Assembly: GCA_963825055.1 (NCBI GenBank)
Contig: CAWGSK010000012.1
Span: 160,001 to 224,000, forward strand
Source of the DNA: an uncultured Gemmatimonadales bacterium
GTDB taxonomy: Bacteria > Gemmatimonadota > Gemmatimonadetes > Gemmatimonadales > GWC2-71-9
Direction of reading: 5' to 3'
Length of the DNA stretch: 64,000 bases
A program made the position numbers and the translations under genes. The notes below the pieces were generated by a model. That model saw only the letters and a program-made list of their open reading frames with translations, was not told the DNA's origin and searched no databases. Of the stretch, positions 1-9,936 are shown in pieces. The stretch's first letter is position 1; the number at the start of each line of letters is the position of its first letter.

Positions 1-2331
1 GTCGAAGCCCTGGCCGAGGCCTTCTATGGCCTGATGGCAAACCGGTACTTCATGCCCAACTCACCCACCCTGATGAACGCCGGCCGGCCGCTGGGCCAGC
101 TCTCGGCGTGTTTTGTGCTGCCGGTTGAGGATGCGCTCTCCAACGGGCACAGCGGCATCTATGACACGCTCCGCTCCATGGCGCTCGTGCACCAGTCCGG
201 CGGCGGTACCGGCTTCGGGTTCTCGCGCCTGCGGCCCAAGAACGACATCGTCCGGTCCACCATGGGCGTGGCCAGCGGTCCGGTGTCCTTCATGTCGCTG
301 TATGACGCGTCGACGGACGTGGTCAAGCAGGGCGGGACGCGCCGGGGCGCCAACATGGGCATTCTGCGGGTGGACCACCCGGACATCATGGAGTTCATCA
401 CCTGCAAGGATGACATCACCAAGGTGACGAACTTCAACATCTCGGTGGCGGTGACCGATGCCTTCATGGCGGCGGCCGAGGCGGACAGCGACTATGACCT
501 GATCCACCCGAAGACGGGCGAGGTCACCGGGCAGCTCCGCGCGCGTGACGTGTGGGAGCGGATCATCCACGGCGCCTGGAAGACCGGCGAGCCCGGCGTG
601 TTCTTCATCGATCGCGCCAACGAGTTCAACCCGGTGCCGCAGCTCGGTGCCTACGAGGCCACGAATCCGTGCGGCGAGCAGCCGCTGCTCCCCTACGACG
701 TCTGCAACCTGGGCTCGATCAACCTCGGCATCTTCGTCAAGGATGGGCAGATCGACTGGGATCATCTCCGGCGGGTGGTGCACCTCTCGACCCACTTCCT
801 CGAGAACGTGATCGACGCCAACAACTATCCACTGCCCGAGATCACCAGTCTTGCCCAGCGCATCCGGCGGATCGGGCTCGGCGTGATGGGCTATGCCGAC
901 GTGCTCATCAAGCTCGGCATTCCGTACGACTCGGAGGAGGGCGTGGACCTGGGCCGGAAGCTCCAGGCCTTCGTGGACGAGGAAGGGAAGGTCGAGTCCG
1001 AGCGACTCGCGCTGCAGCGCGGCGTGTTCCCGGAGTGGGAGCGCAGCATCTGGGGGCCGGACGAGACCTGCGCCCGGACCGCCTCCGGCGAGCGGGTGCG
1101 TCCGATGCGCCGGCTCCGGAACTGCAATGTCACCACCGTCGCGCCCACCGGCACCATCTCGATCATCGCCGGCTGCAGCTCGGGCATCGAGCCGCTGTTT
1201 GCCGTGGCGTTCATGCGGAACCAGGCCGGCGTGCTCATGCCCGACGTGAATGAAGACTTCGTGGCCATCGCGAAGGAGGAGGGCTGGCACTCCGAGCAGC
1301 TGATGCAGCGCATCGCCGAGGCGGGCCACATCAACTTCGAGGAAGTGCCGGAGAAGTGGCAGCGCGTCTTCGTCACGGCCAACCACATCAGGCCGGAATG
1401 GCACATCCGGACCCAGGCGGCGTTCCAGGAGAACAACGACAGCGCCATCAGCAAGACCTGCAACTTCGCCAACGACGCCACCGAAGAGTACGTCGAGGAG
1501 ATCTACCGCCTCGCCTACCACCTCGGCTGCAAGGGCGTAACGGTGTATCGGGACGGCAGTCGCGACATGCAGGTATTGTCCACCGGCTCCACCGCCAGGA
1601 AGGTGCAGGACCAGGCCACAGCGAGCGGCAAGTCGGTGGCCCGGGAGGACCTGGTGGCGGTGGTGGCCAAGGGCGGGGAAGAGGCCAAGGAAGCCGTGGC
1701 CGACCTGCGTGGCGAACTCGCCGAGGTCGAGACCGAGAACGAGCGCCTGCGCCGGATGGTGCACGAGCTGGAGGCCGAGAACCTCCAGCGGCGGCAGAAG
1801 CGTTCGCGGCCGGAACTGTTGCGTGGCACCACCCGGCGGGTGGAAACGCCGCTCGGCACGCTGTACGTGACCATCACTGAAGACGAGAAGAGCCAGCCGT
1901 TCGAGGTGTTCATGAGCCTCGGCAAGGCGGGCGGCGCCCTCATGGCTGACGTCGAAGCCCTGGGCCGCCTCATCAGCCTGAGCCTCCGCAGCGGCATCCC
2001 CATGAAGGAGATCCACCGCCAGCTCCGCGGCATCAGTTCCGACCGCGTGATCGGCCTCGGTCTCAACAAGGTGCTCTCCGTGCCGGACGCCGTCGGCATC
2101 GCCATCGAGAAGTGGATGATGGAGAAGCAGGGCGTGCAGCAGGAGCTGCTCCCCCCGGAGCAGGGCGCCGATGTCCCGATGGTCGAGCGAATCACTGCGG
2201 GCGACCAGCAGATGGAACTCTCGCGCGTGAAGCCGGTTCTCGCCGGCGCCTGTCCCGACTGTGGCTCGCAGCTGGAGTTTGCCGAAGGCTGCGTGAAGTG
2301 CCACGTGTGCGGATTCAGTGAGTGCGGGTGA
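1..2331 (+). CDS. nrdJ: Adenosylcobalamin-dependent (class II) ribonucleotide reductase with C-terminal TSCPD domain and Zn-ribbon; 5' end lies outside the window
   Basis: Frame is open from base 1. Motifs FMPNSPTLMNAG, LSACFV, NPCGEQ, CNLGS, APTGT, SAISKT, KGVTVYRDGSR; TSCPD-like SVPDA; terminal CPDC..CVKCHVCGFSEC. Confidence 0.93.
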   Translation, partial: VEALAEAFYGLMANRYFMPNSPTLMNAGRPLGQLSACFVLPVEDALSNGHSGIYDTLRSMALVHQSGGGTGFGFSRLRPKNDIVRSTMGVASGPVSFMSLYDASTDVVKQGGTRRGANMGILRVDHPDIMEFITCKDDITKVTNFNISVAVTDAFMAAAEADSDYDLIHPKTGEVTGQLRARDVWERIIHGAWKTGEPGVFFIDRANEFNPVPQLGAYEATNPCGEQPLLPYDVCNLGSINLGIFVKDGQIDWDHLRRVVHLSTHFLENVIDANNYPLPEITSLAQRIRRIGLGVMGYADVLIKLGIPYDSEEGVDLGRKLQAFVDEEGKVESERLALQRGVFPEWERSIWGPDETCARTASGERVRPMRRLRNCNVTTVAPTGTISIIAGCSSGIEPLFAVAFMRNQAGVLMPDVNEDFVAIAKEEGWHSEQLMQRIAEAGHINFEEVPEKWQRVFVTANHIRPEWHIRTQAAFQENNDSAISKTCNFANDATEEYVEEIYRLAYHLGCKGVTVYRDGSRDMQVLSTGSTARKVQDQATASGKSVAREDLVAVVAKGGEEAKEAVADLRGELAEVETENERLRRMVHELEAENLQRRQKRSRPELLRGTTRRVETPLGTLYVTITEDEKSQPFEVFMSLGKAGGALMADVEALGRLISLSLRSGIPMKEIHRQLRGISSDRVIGLGLNKVLSVPDAVGIAIEKWMMEKQGVQQELLPPEQGADVPMVERITAGDQQMELSRVKPVLAGACPDCGSQLEFAEGCVKCHVCGFSECG

Positions 2332-2363
2332 GGAACGGCGAGTAGTAAGAGGTAAGAAGGGAG

Positions 2364-2393
2364 AAGGGCCCTCGGAGACGCGGGCCCTTTTTT
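2364..2393 (+). terminator. Rho-independent terminator after nrdJ
   Basis: AAGGGCCC/GGGCCCTT stem followed by a T run. Confidence 0.8.
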
Positions 2394-2534
2394 CGTCGCC
2401 TTCCATTACTGGCGCCCGCTCCGGACCATCGAGTTTCGGCGACCCGGCACCTGACACCCGACTCCCGACCGCCTGTCCACCCTGTCCGCCACTTCCGGCC
2501 GGGGCTAAACTCCATGCAACTCCGGAGGCCCCAC

Positions 2535-3990
2535 GTGATCCTGAAGCGGCTCTACGACGACGGCCTGGCCCAGGCCAGCTACCTGATCGGTTGCGCGGCG
2601 ACCGGCGAGGCCATCGTGATCGACCCCAATCGCGATATCGGCCAGTACCTCGATGCCGCCAGGTCCGAGGGCGTTTCCGTCACGCACGTCACCGAGACCC
2701 ACATCCACGCCGACTTCCTCTCGGGCAGCCGGGAACTCGCCCAGGTCGCCGGGGCACAGCTCTTCCTCTCCGCCCATAGGCGGGACGGACTGGCAGTACG
2801 GCTTCGCGGAGGCGGCGGGAGCGACCCTGCTGCGCGACGGCGATGTCGTCACGGTGGGTAACATCCGGATTCAGGCCATACACACGCCCGGGCACACCCC
2901 GGAACACCTCACCTTCCTCGTGACCGACACGGCCGCGGCCACCGAGCCCATCGGGGCGGTGACGGGGGATTTCATCTTCGTGGGAGACGTCGGCCGCCCG
3001 GATCTCCTGGAGAAAGCCGCGAAGGTGCAGGGGACGATGGAGGATGCCGCCCGTACGCTGTTTCGGAGCCTCCAAGGCTTTCGTGCCCACCCGGACTTTC
3101 TCCAGATCTGGCCCGGCCACGGCGCCGGCAGCGCCTGCGGCAAGGGGATGAGCTCGGTCCCGCATTCCACCATGGGCTACGAGCGGCGTTTCAACTGGGC
3201 CTTCGGCGTGGAGGACGAGGACGCCTTCGTCGAGCAGGTCCTGGCGGGACAGCCGGAGCCCCCGGCGTACTTCGCCGAGATGAAGTTCCGGAACCGGGCC
3301 GGCCCGGCGATCCTCGGCGGGTTCCGCCGGCCGGTGCTGGAGTCGCCCGAACGGCTCACCGAGGTACTCGAGGGAGGCGGGGTGGTGGTGGACGCCCGGC
3401 CGGCTGGGGACTTCGGGCGCGGGCACGTGCCCGGCACGCTGAACATCCCCCTCAACCGCTCGTTTGCGACCTGGGCCGGATGGCTCCTGCCGTACGACAC
3501 GGATCTCTACCTGCTCGGCGACGGCACCGCGACCGCCTGGATCGACACCGCCGTGCGGGACCTGGCCCTGATCGGACTGGACCAGGTCGCCGGCCGGTTC
3601 GATCTTCACGCGCTTGAGCAGTGGGCAGTCTCGCGCCCGCTCCAGAGGGTGCGCCGCATGTCGGTGGCGGAACTCGAGCCGCTGTGGCGCGAAGGCGGGG
3701 TCACGGTCATCGACGTGCGGGGGCGCTCGGAGTGGGAGGCCGGGCATCTGCCCGGTGTGGCCAACATCCCCCTCGGGTACCTGCCGGACCACCTGAACGA
3801 GATTCCTCGCGATCGCCCGGTGGTGCTGCAGTGCCAGAGCGGGAGCCGGAGCGCGATTGGCGCCGGGGTGCTCCAGGCGCGGGGCATCGAGGATGTCTCG
3901 AACCTGGCTGGTGGCTTCGTGGAATGGGCCCGCCAGGGGCTTCCGGTCTCGCGTGAGGCGGATGAGGCGGCGGGGAGTCTGCGTGGGTGA
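2535..3990 (+). pseudogene. MBL-fold persulfide dioxygenase-like protein fused to two rhodanese domains; +1 frameshift at ~2773-2778 (real lesion or sequencing error)
   Basis: GGAGG then GTG 2535. ETHIHADF lies in one frame; GGTDWQY, HTPGHTPEH, GDVGRPDL, PGHGAGSACG and the rhodanese motifs (GHVPGT, GHLPG, CQSGSRS) lie in the next frame. Confidence 0.85.
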
Positions 3991-4816
3991 CGCGCCACCC
4001 CTGCCACGTGGCCGCCGACTGACCTACTCGGCCGATCCCGACATCCGGACGGGCGTCGTGTGGCTGGCCCGGATCGGGCTCACGGCCAAAGGACTGGTCT
4101 ACATCCTGATCGGCCTGCTGGCCATCCAGATTCCGCTCGGGATGGGCGGCGCCACCGAAGGCCCCACGGACATCTTCCGGCGCATCGCCAGGCAGCCCTT
4201 CGGGACTGCGCTGCTGACGGCGCTCGGTGCCGGCATGCTCTGCTACGCCCTCTGGCGCCTGGCCCAGGCGTTTCTCGACACGGAGCACGTCGAGCGGCAT
4301 GGCCAGACGAAGTGGGCCCGGGTCGGGTTTGCCGTGTCCGGCCTGATCTACGGCGGGTTGGCGCTTGGCGCATTCCGGATCGTCTTTTCGGATGACAGCT
4401 CCCGGGGGGCGGCCCGGGCCTGGACCGCCCGGGCGCTGGACCTGCCCGGCGGGCGCCTCCTGGTGGCGCTCGCCGGCCTCATCACGGTGGGGGCGGGACT
4501 CTACTTCTGGTGGCGCATGCGCGCGTCCCGTCTCGCCGAGGACCTGGACGGATGTGCGTTGACGGAAGGGGGCCGCCGCGGCGCCATGTGGCTGGGGCGG
4601 TTCGGATACGCGGCGTTCGGGACCGGCATTGGCCTGATTGGCGTGTTCCTGCTGCACGCCGCGCTGAGCCGGGATCCGGGGGAGGTGGGTGGGATGCGCG
4701 AGGCGCTGCAGTCGCTCGCGGCCGCGCCGATGGGCCCGTGGGTGCTGGGCGCGATGGCGGCGGGACTGGCCGCTTTCGGCGCCTACATGCTGGTCGAGGC
4801 GAGTTGCCGCGTCTGA
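3983..4816 (+). CDS. DUF1206 domain membrane protein
   Basis: Three repeats of the ARxGxxAxGxxY-type pattern, QPFG and PMGPW motifs, multiple TM helices. GTG start overlaps the upstream stop. Confidence 0.8.
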   Translation: MGDAPPLPRGRRLTYSADPDIRTGVVWLARIGLTAKGLVYILIGLLAIQIPLGMGGATEGPTDIFRRIARQPFGTALLTALGAGMLCYALWRLAQAFLDTEHVERHGQTKWARVGFAVSGLIYGGLALGAFRIVFSDDSSRGAARAWTARALDLPGGRLLVALAGLITVGAGLYFWWRMRASRLAEDLDGCALTEGGRRGAMWLGRFGYAAFGTGIGLIGVFLLHAALSRDPGEVGGMREALQSLAAAPMGPWVLGAMAAGLAAFGAYMLVEASCRV

Positions 4817-4817
4817 T

Positions 4818-5708
4818 TCAGGGGGAGAGTTCGCGAAGCAGGGCCATCATGCGCAGGTCGTTGGGGTCGGGGGTCAGGTCGTCATCCCCCAGGTCCTCCC
4901 CGGATTGAGGGGTCTCGAGGATCAGCGGGATCCCTTCCGAGCGCGGGTCGGCCAGGAGCCACCGGAACGGCTCCAGCCCGATTTCTCCCTCGCCCAGCAG
5001 CATGTGCCGGTCACGGTTGGAACCGAGCGCGCCCTGGCTGTCATTGAGATGAAAGAACGACGGTGGCTCGCCGGCGGCCTGCTCGAAGGCGTCCAGGACA
5101 GCGGACTGCGCCTCGGGAGAGGCGGTGATGTCGTGCCCGGCCGCAAAGAGGTGGCAGGTGTCGAGGCCGTAACCCGCGCGGGAACGGAGGTCGGCGGGAA
5201 TGCAGCCGAGGATCGCTCCCACCTCGTCCGGAGTGCGGCCGATCGTGAGGCCCGCCCCCGCGGTATTTTCGACCAGCAGCCGGGTATCCGACGGGACGGC
5301 ACGAAGGGCACCGATCATCGCGGTCGCGACCCGTGCGATCGCCCCCTCACGATCCCCGTCGGTGGCCGCACCGGGGTGAAAGCACACCGCGCCCGCGCCG
5401 ATGGCGGTTGACCGCTCGAGCTCCTTCGTGAGGCCCGCGGCGGCCCGGTTCCACTTGGTGTCGTCCGCGCTGGCGGTGTTCAGGACGTACGCCGCGTGGA
5501 CCAGGACGCGTTCCGGGGCAATGCCGGTGTTCGCGAGGGCGTCACGGAACCGCGCGGCCCGCTCCGGACGAATGCCGGAGCGGTCGCCGTAGTACTTCGG
5601 GATGGCGGTGAAAAGCTGCATGGCCGTCATGCCCGCGTTGTGGGCGCGGAGCACGGCCTGCTGGATGCCGCCGGTGTCGCGCGTGTGCCCGCCGAAGAAG
5701 CGTGTCAT
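4818..5708 (-). CDS. nfo: Endonuclease IV (AP endonuclease family 2)
   Basis: HAAYVLN, FHPG, ENTAG, DTCHLF, HLND, DRH, ILETP motifs. Confidence 0.9.
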   Translation of the reverse strand: MTRFFGGHTRDTGGIQQAVLRAHNAGMTAMQLFTAIPKYYGDRSGIRPERAARFRDALANTGIAPERVLVHAAYVLNTASADDTKWNRAAAGLTKELERSTAIGAGAVCFHPGAATDGDREGAIARVATAMIGALRAVPSDTRLLVENTAGAGLTIGRTPDEVGAILGCIPADLRSRAGYGLDTCHLFAAGHDITASPEAQSAVLDAFEQAAGEPPSFFHLNDSQGALGSNRDRHMLLGEGEIGLEPFRWLLADPRSEGIPLILETPQSGEDLGDDDLTPDPNDLRMMALLRELSP

Positions 5709-5781
5709 GGCTGTCCGTTGCTGTGGAATCGTCGCCGGGAAAGGTAGTCGGTCGCACTCCACGGAACACCGGAACAGGGGG

Positions 5782-6744
5782 ATGACGATGGACGAACAGC
5801 AGGTTCCGCTGACTCCCGAGCCCAGCGACCTCGGCTTCGGCGCCGTCGTGGGCGCGGAGAGCCGCCATCGACTGCTCAACCGCGATGGTTCCTTCAACGT
5901 CGGGCGGAAGGGCCTGCACCTGTGGGCCCGGCACAACCCCTACCACTGGCTCCTCACCACGACGTGGCCCCGCTTCCTGCTCCTGCTCGTCGGATCGACC
6001 GTCCTGATGAACATGCTGTTCGCCTTCCTGTACCTTCTCGCGGGGCCGAACGCGATCGACTCGGATGGTGTTGACCAGATTTTTTCCCCGTTCTGGCGGG
6101 CCTTTTTCTTCAGCGTCCAGACACTGAGCACCATCGGGTATGGCCACCTGACCCCGGTCGGCCCGGCCGCGAACGCTGTCGTGGTTGCCGAGACCATCCT
6201 CGGTTTCGTCGCCATCGCGCTGTCCGCCGGTCTGCTCTTCGCCCGTTTCTCCCGGCCCGTGGCCCGGATCGTGTTCAGCCGGAATGCGCTCATTGCGCCG
6301 TACCGCGCGGGGCAGGCACTGGAGTTCCGCATCGTGAACGAGCGGAGCACCCAGATCCTCGAGCTGGAGGCAAAAGTGGTGTACAGCTGGCGGCACGAGC
6401 GCGACGGCCGGCCCATCCGCGAATTCGTCGAGTTACCGCTCGAGCGGCGCAAGGTGGCCTTCTTCCCGCTCTCCTGGACAGTGGTGCACCCGATCACCGA
6501 GTCGAGTCCCCTCCGCCATGCCACGGCGGCCTCGGTCTCGGCGAGCGATGCCGAGATCCTGGTGCTGCTTACGGGGGTGGACGAGACGTTCTCGCAGATC
6601 GTCCATGCGCGCAGTTCCTACAAGCCGGACGATATCGTGTGGAACGCGCGGTTCGAGGACATGTTCAGCCGGGATGACGACGGCCTCATGGTGGATATCG
6701 GCCGGCTTGACGGCTTTCGCCTCGAGGGGACCCCGGCGTCATGA
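5782..6744 (+). CDS. Inward-rectifier potassium channel (KirBac family)
   Basis: AFFFSVQTLSTIGYG filter, FARFSRP, FS-x-NA, WTVVHPITESSPL, HARSSY. Confidence 0.9.
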   Translation: MTMDEQQVPLTPEPSDLGFGAVVGAESRHRLLNRDGSFNVGRKGLHLWARHNPYHWLLTTTWPRFLLLLVGSTVLMNMLFAFLYLLAGPNAIDSDGVDQIFSPFWRAFFFSVQTLSTIGYGHLTPVGPAANAVVVAETILGFVAIALSAGLLFARFSRPVARIVFSRNALIAPYRAGQALEFRIVNERSTQILELEAKVVYSWRHERDGRPIREFVELPLERRKVAFFPLSWTVVHPITESSPLRHATAASVSASDAEILVLLTGVDETFSQIVHARSSYKPDDIVWNARFEDMFSRDDDGLMVDIGRLDGFRLEGTPAS

Positions 6745-7121
6745 GCTGGCTGCGCGCCGGGGTGATCGCTGGCTTCGCCGCTGACGGTGTGCTCGGGGCC
6801 GTGGTGCTGGTCGCCGGCCTGCTGGGACACGGACCCTCGATTCCCGATGTACTCCTCCTGACCGCCCTCTGGCTCGTCTACCTCCTGCCATTCGGCATCC
6901 TGGTCAGCCTGGTGCTGACCCGGCTGCGGTTGCCGGCGCGCCCCCGCGCCTGGCTCCTGGCAGGCGCATCGACAGGCGGCGTGGCTGCCCTGGCCGGTTT
7001 TGTGGCCCAGGTGCGCTCTGCCTCCGCCCTCCTGCTTCCGGTCGCGGCGGGCGCCGGCCTCGGTGCGGTTGCGGGGGCGGTGGTCCGGGCGCTCGTGCCG
7101 GGTCGGACCCGGCGCATGTGA
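6741..7121 (+). CDS. Hypothetical membrane protein (about 4 TM)
   Basis: ATGA overlap with the channel gene; hydrophobic segments. Confidence 0.6.
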   Translation: MSWLRAGVIAGFAADGVLGAVVLVAGLLGHGPSIPDVLLLTALWLVYLLPFGILVSLVLTRLRLPARPRAWLLAGASTGGVAALAGFVAQVRSASALLLPVAAGAGLGAVAGAVVRALVPGRTRRM

Positions 7122-7211
7122 CGCCGGTTACGACGCGCTCCCGCCGGGGCCCGTACATTGGGCGGGTCCGGGCCCGCTGGGGCCTCCCGGGCTTCCCGAA
7201 CTGGAGCGACG

Positions 7212-7526
7212 ATGCCCTTCGACCAGTACCACGAACCACCCGCCGAACTGCCGCAGAAGACACGCACCTTCGCCCGCATGGTGGCGTCGCTGATCGAGGA
7301 GGCCGAGGCCATCGGCTGGTACGAACAGCGCATGGCCGTTGAGAAGGATGCCTCCGCGAAGGCCATCATGCGCAACGCCCAGCAGGAAGAGTTCAAGCAC
7401 TTCGGCATGGATCTCGAGTACCTGCTTCGGAAGAAATCCGAGTGGCGTACCATTCTCCAGGACATTCTCTTCACCGATGGCGACATCGTCGACCTCGGCG
7501 AGGAGGCGGAGGAAGCCGTCGAATGA
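7212..7526 (+). CDS. Encapsulated-ferritin (EncFtn)-like small ferritin-like protein
   Basis: HEP, EEAEAIGWYEQR, EEFKH, LFTDGDI match the EncFtn pattern; GGAG SD. Confidence 0.8.
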   Translation: MPFDQYHEPPAELPQKTRTFARMVASLIEEAEAIGWYEQRMAVEKDASAKAIMRNAQQEEFKHFGMDLEYLLRKKSEWRTILQDILFTDGDIVDLGEEAEEAVE

Positions 7527-7562
7527 CGGCACCGCCACCAGCCACGCCAGACGGGAGTGCAC

Positions 7563-7739
7563 ATGTCATTCGCGATCTATCTCATCGGATTCCTCATCCT
7601 GATCGGCGGGCTCGCCTGGGGGGCCTTCACACTCGGCATCGCGCCCGTCTTCATCGGGATCGGCGTCGTGATCCTGATTGGGCTGGGACTCATCTCCGGC
7701 GTGACCCACACCCGGCGCCGCGATCCCCCTGACGCCTGA
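7563..7739 (+). CDS. Small two-TM membrane protein
   Basis: GGGAG SD; MSFAIYLIGFLILIGGLAWGA...; two hydrophobic helices. Confidence 0.7.
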   Translation: MSFAIYLIGFLILIGGLAWGAFTLGIAPVFIGIGVVILIGLGLISGVTHTRRRDPPDA

Positions 7740-7773
7740 CGCCCCCCGCCCGTCAGGGGCCGGTGACGCGCGC

Positions 7774-8460
7774 GTGCGCGCGCGCATGAAACGCCATGCC
7801 GCGCGGGCCGCACTCGAGCTCGTGAGTCCCGGCGCGCGTGTGGGGCTCGGCAGCGGCAGCACGGCAGAGGCTTTCGTCACCGCGCTGGCCCAGGGCTGCC
7901 GGGGCGGGGTGTTGGCCGGGCTCCAGTGCGTCCCGTCGTCCACCAGGACGGCGCGGCTCGCTGTACGGCTGGGGCTTCCCGTCGTGACGTTTGCGGAGGT
8001 GGATGCGCTGGACCTCACCGTGGACGGGGCGGACGAGGTGGATCGGGAGGGCCGCCTGCTGAAAGGGCAGGGCGGGGCGTTCCTCCGGGAAAAGATCCTG
8101 GCGCAGGCGTCGGAGCGCTATGTGATCGTGGTCGACCGCACGAAGCTGGTTGACCGGCTCGGCTCCAGGCACCCGGTCCCGGTGGAGGTGCTGCCGTTCG
8201 CGGCAGTCCCTGTGGCCGGACGGATCCGCGAACTCGGCGCGGCGGTCACCATGCGGGAGCGGGGCGGCCGTCCCTGGATGACCGACCAGAAGAATCTCGT
8301 TCTCGACTGCGACTTCGGCCCGCTCGATGACCCGGGAGGGGTCGGGGCCGCGCTGTCCGGCATCGCCGGAGTGCTCGGCCACGGATTGTTTCTCGGGTTC
8401 CGGCCCCGGCTGCTGGTCGGTACCCCGGACGGGGTGGAGGAGGAGGGGCGTCATGGGTAA
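7774..8460 (+). CDS. rpiA: Ribose-5-phosphate isomerase A (start 7774 or 7786)
   Basis: GLGSGST, DGADEV, KGQGGAFLREK, PVEV motifs. Confidence 0.92.
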   Translation: MRARMKRHAARAALELVSPGARVGLGSGSTAEAFVTALAQGCRGGVLAGLQCVPSSTRTARLAVRLGLPVVTFAEVDALDLTVDGADEVDREGRLLKGQGGAFLREKILAQASERYVIVVDRTKLVDRLGSRHPVPVEVLPFAAVPVAGRIRELGAAVTMRERGGRPWMTDQKNLVLDCDFGPLDDPGGVGAALSGIAGVLGHGLFLGFRPRLLVGTPDGVEEEGRHG

Positions 8461-9289
8461 CGGCAAGGGAAACCCCTCCGGCCTGAAGCGTGGTGAGACC
8501 CAGGAGGTGCGCAAGCGGACCGCCCCACGGGCGGTCGTCGTCTATGAGGCCATCCTGCGGGAGGGGAAAGACGAGCTCACCCGGCCCTGGTCCGCCCTTG
8601 CGTTCAGCGGCCTCGCCGCCGGCCTCTCGATGGGCTTTTCCATGGTGGCAGAAGGGCTGCTGACGGCCGCGCTCCCCGACACGCCCTGGCGGCCGCTGAT
8701 CTCGAAGTTCGGATACAGCGTCGGTTTCCTCATCGTGGTGCTCGGGCGTCAGCAGCTGTTCACCGAGAACACCCTGACCCCGATCCTCCCGTTCCTGCAG
8801 GACCGCAAGCTCAAGACGCTGTTCGAGGTCTCGCGGCTGTGGGGTGTGGTCCTGCTGGCGAACCTCGTCGGCGCCTTTCTCTTCGCGCTCATCGCCACCG
8901 TGACCCACATCTTCCCGCCCGGCACGCACGCCGCATTCAGGGAAATCAGCGCCGGACTCCATCAGGCGGGATTCGGCACCACGTTCACGCGCGCCGTGTT
9001 TGCCGGCTGGCTCATCGCGCTCATGGTGTGGCTCCTGCCCTTCGCCGAGACAGCGCGGGTGACCGTTATCATCATTATCACCTACCTGATCGGACTCGGC
9101 GGATTCAACCACATCATCGCCGGGTCGGTGGAGGCCATGTACCAGCTCCTGCAGCGAGAGCTGGGCCTCCTGCCCTTCCTCTGGGGCTTCTTCCTCCCGA
9201 CGCTCCTCGGCAATATCGTGGGCGGCCTGGCCCTCGTGACGGCCGTCAACCATGCCCAGGTCGTCTCCGGTTCCGGGATCGACGCCTGA
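8453..9289 (+). CDS. Formate/nitrite transporter family protein (YfdC-like)
   Basis: AAGLSMGFS, QLFTENT, HIIAGS, TLLGNIVGG. Confidence 0.88.
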   Translation: MGNGKGNPSGLKRGETQEVRKRTAPRAVVVYEAILREGKDELTRPWSALAFSGLAAGLSMGFSMVAEGLLTAALPDTPWRPLISKFGYSVGFLIVVLGRQQLFTENTLTPILPFLQDRKLKTLFEVSRLWGVVLLANLVGAFLFALIATVTHIFPPGTHAAFREISAGLHQAGFGTTFTRAVFAGWLIALMVWLLPFAETARVTVIIIITYLIGLGGFNHIIAGSVEAMYQLLQRELGLLPFLWGFFLPTLLGNIVGGLALVTAVNHAQVVSGSGIDA

Positions 9290-9444
9290 CTTTCCCGGCG
9301 GGTGAGGGCGGTCACAGCCGCCCCACCCCGCACCCTCCATGTTCCATCTGCCGGCGCGTGCCGGATCCTGTTCGATCATGACGATGCCCCCGTACGGCGA
9401 TCACGCGCCCGCGGTGCCGGCATCCGTAAGCATATGGAGTATCC

Positions 9445-9936
9445 ATGTCCAGGCAGGTAACAGCGATTTTCCGTGAGCGGGCTTCCGCGGCGGCAGCAGT
9501 GGACCGGATGGTGGCCGCCGGGTTCGCGCGCGAGGACATCAGTGCCCTGATGTCCGACGCCACCCGCGGCAGGCACTTCGATATGGAATCCGCATCAAAG
9601 GCGCCCGAGGGAGTGGCAGTTGGGGTGAGTGTGGGTGGTGTCCTCGGCGCCATTGCGGCGGGCCTCGTGGCCGTTGGTACAGTGGCGGTCCCGGGCCTCG
9701 GCCTCCTCGCGGCCGGACCCATCGTCGCGGCGCTTGCGGGCGCCGGAGCCGGTGGGGCAGCGGGAGGCGTGGTGGGCGGGTTCGTGGGGATGGGTATCCC
9801 GGAACACGAGGCCCGCATGCACCTGAACGAAGTCAAGGAAGGCAGCATCCTCCTGGGTGTGCATGCACACGACGACCGCGTTGCGGCGGCCCGGGACCTC
9901 ATGAAAGCCGCCGGGGGACGTCACATCCACGGCTGA
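9445..9936 (+). CDS. General stress protein (YflT-like, glycine zipper)
   Basis: GGAG SD; glycine-zipper hydrophobic core, PGLGLLAAGP, GMGIPEHEA. Confidence 0.7.
   Translation: MSRQVTAIFRERASAAAAVDRMVAAGFAREDISALMSDATRGRHFDMESASKAPEGVAVGVSVGGVLGAIAAGLVAVGTVAVPGLGLLAAGPIVAALAGAGAGGAAGGVVGGFVGMGIPEHEARMHLNEVKEGSILLGVHAHDDRVAAARDLMKAAGGRHIHG

Noticed and set aside
61..2457. 798-aa minus-strand ORF
   Set aside because: Antisense shadow of nrdJ, typical of high-GC codon bias; no recognisable motifs.
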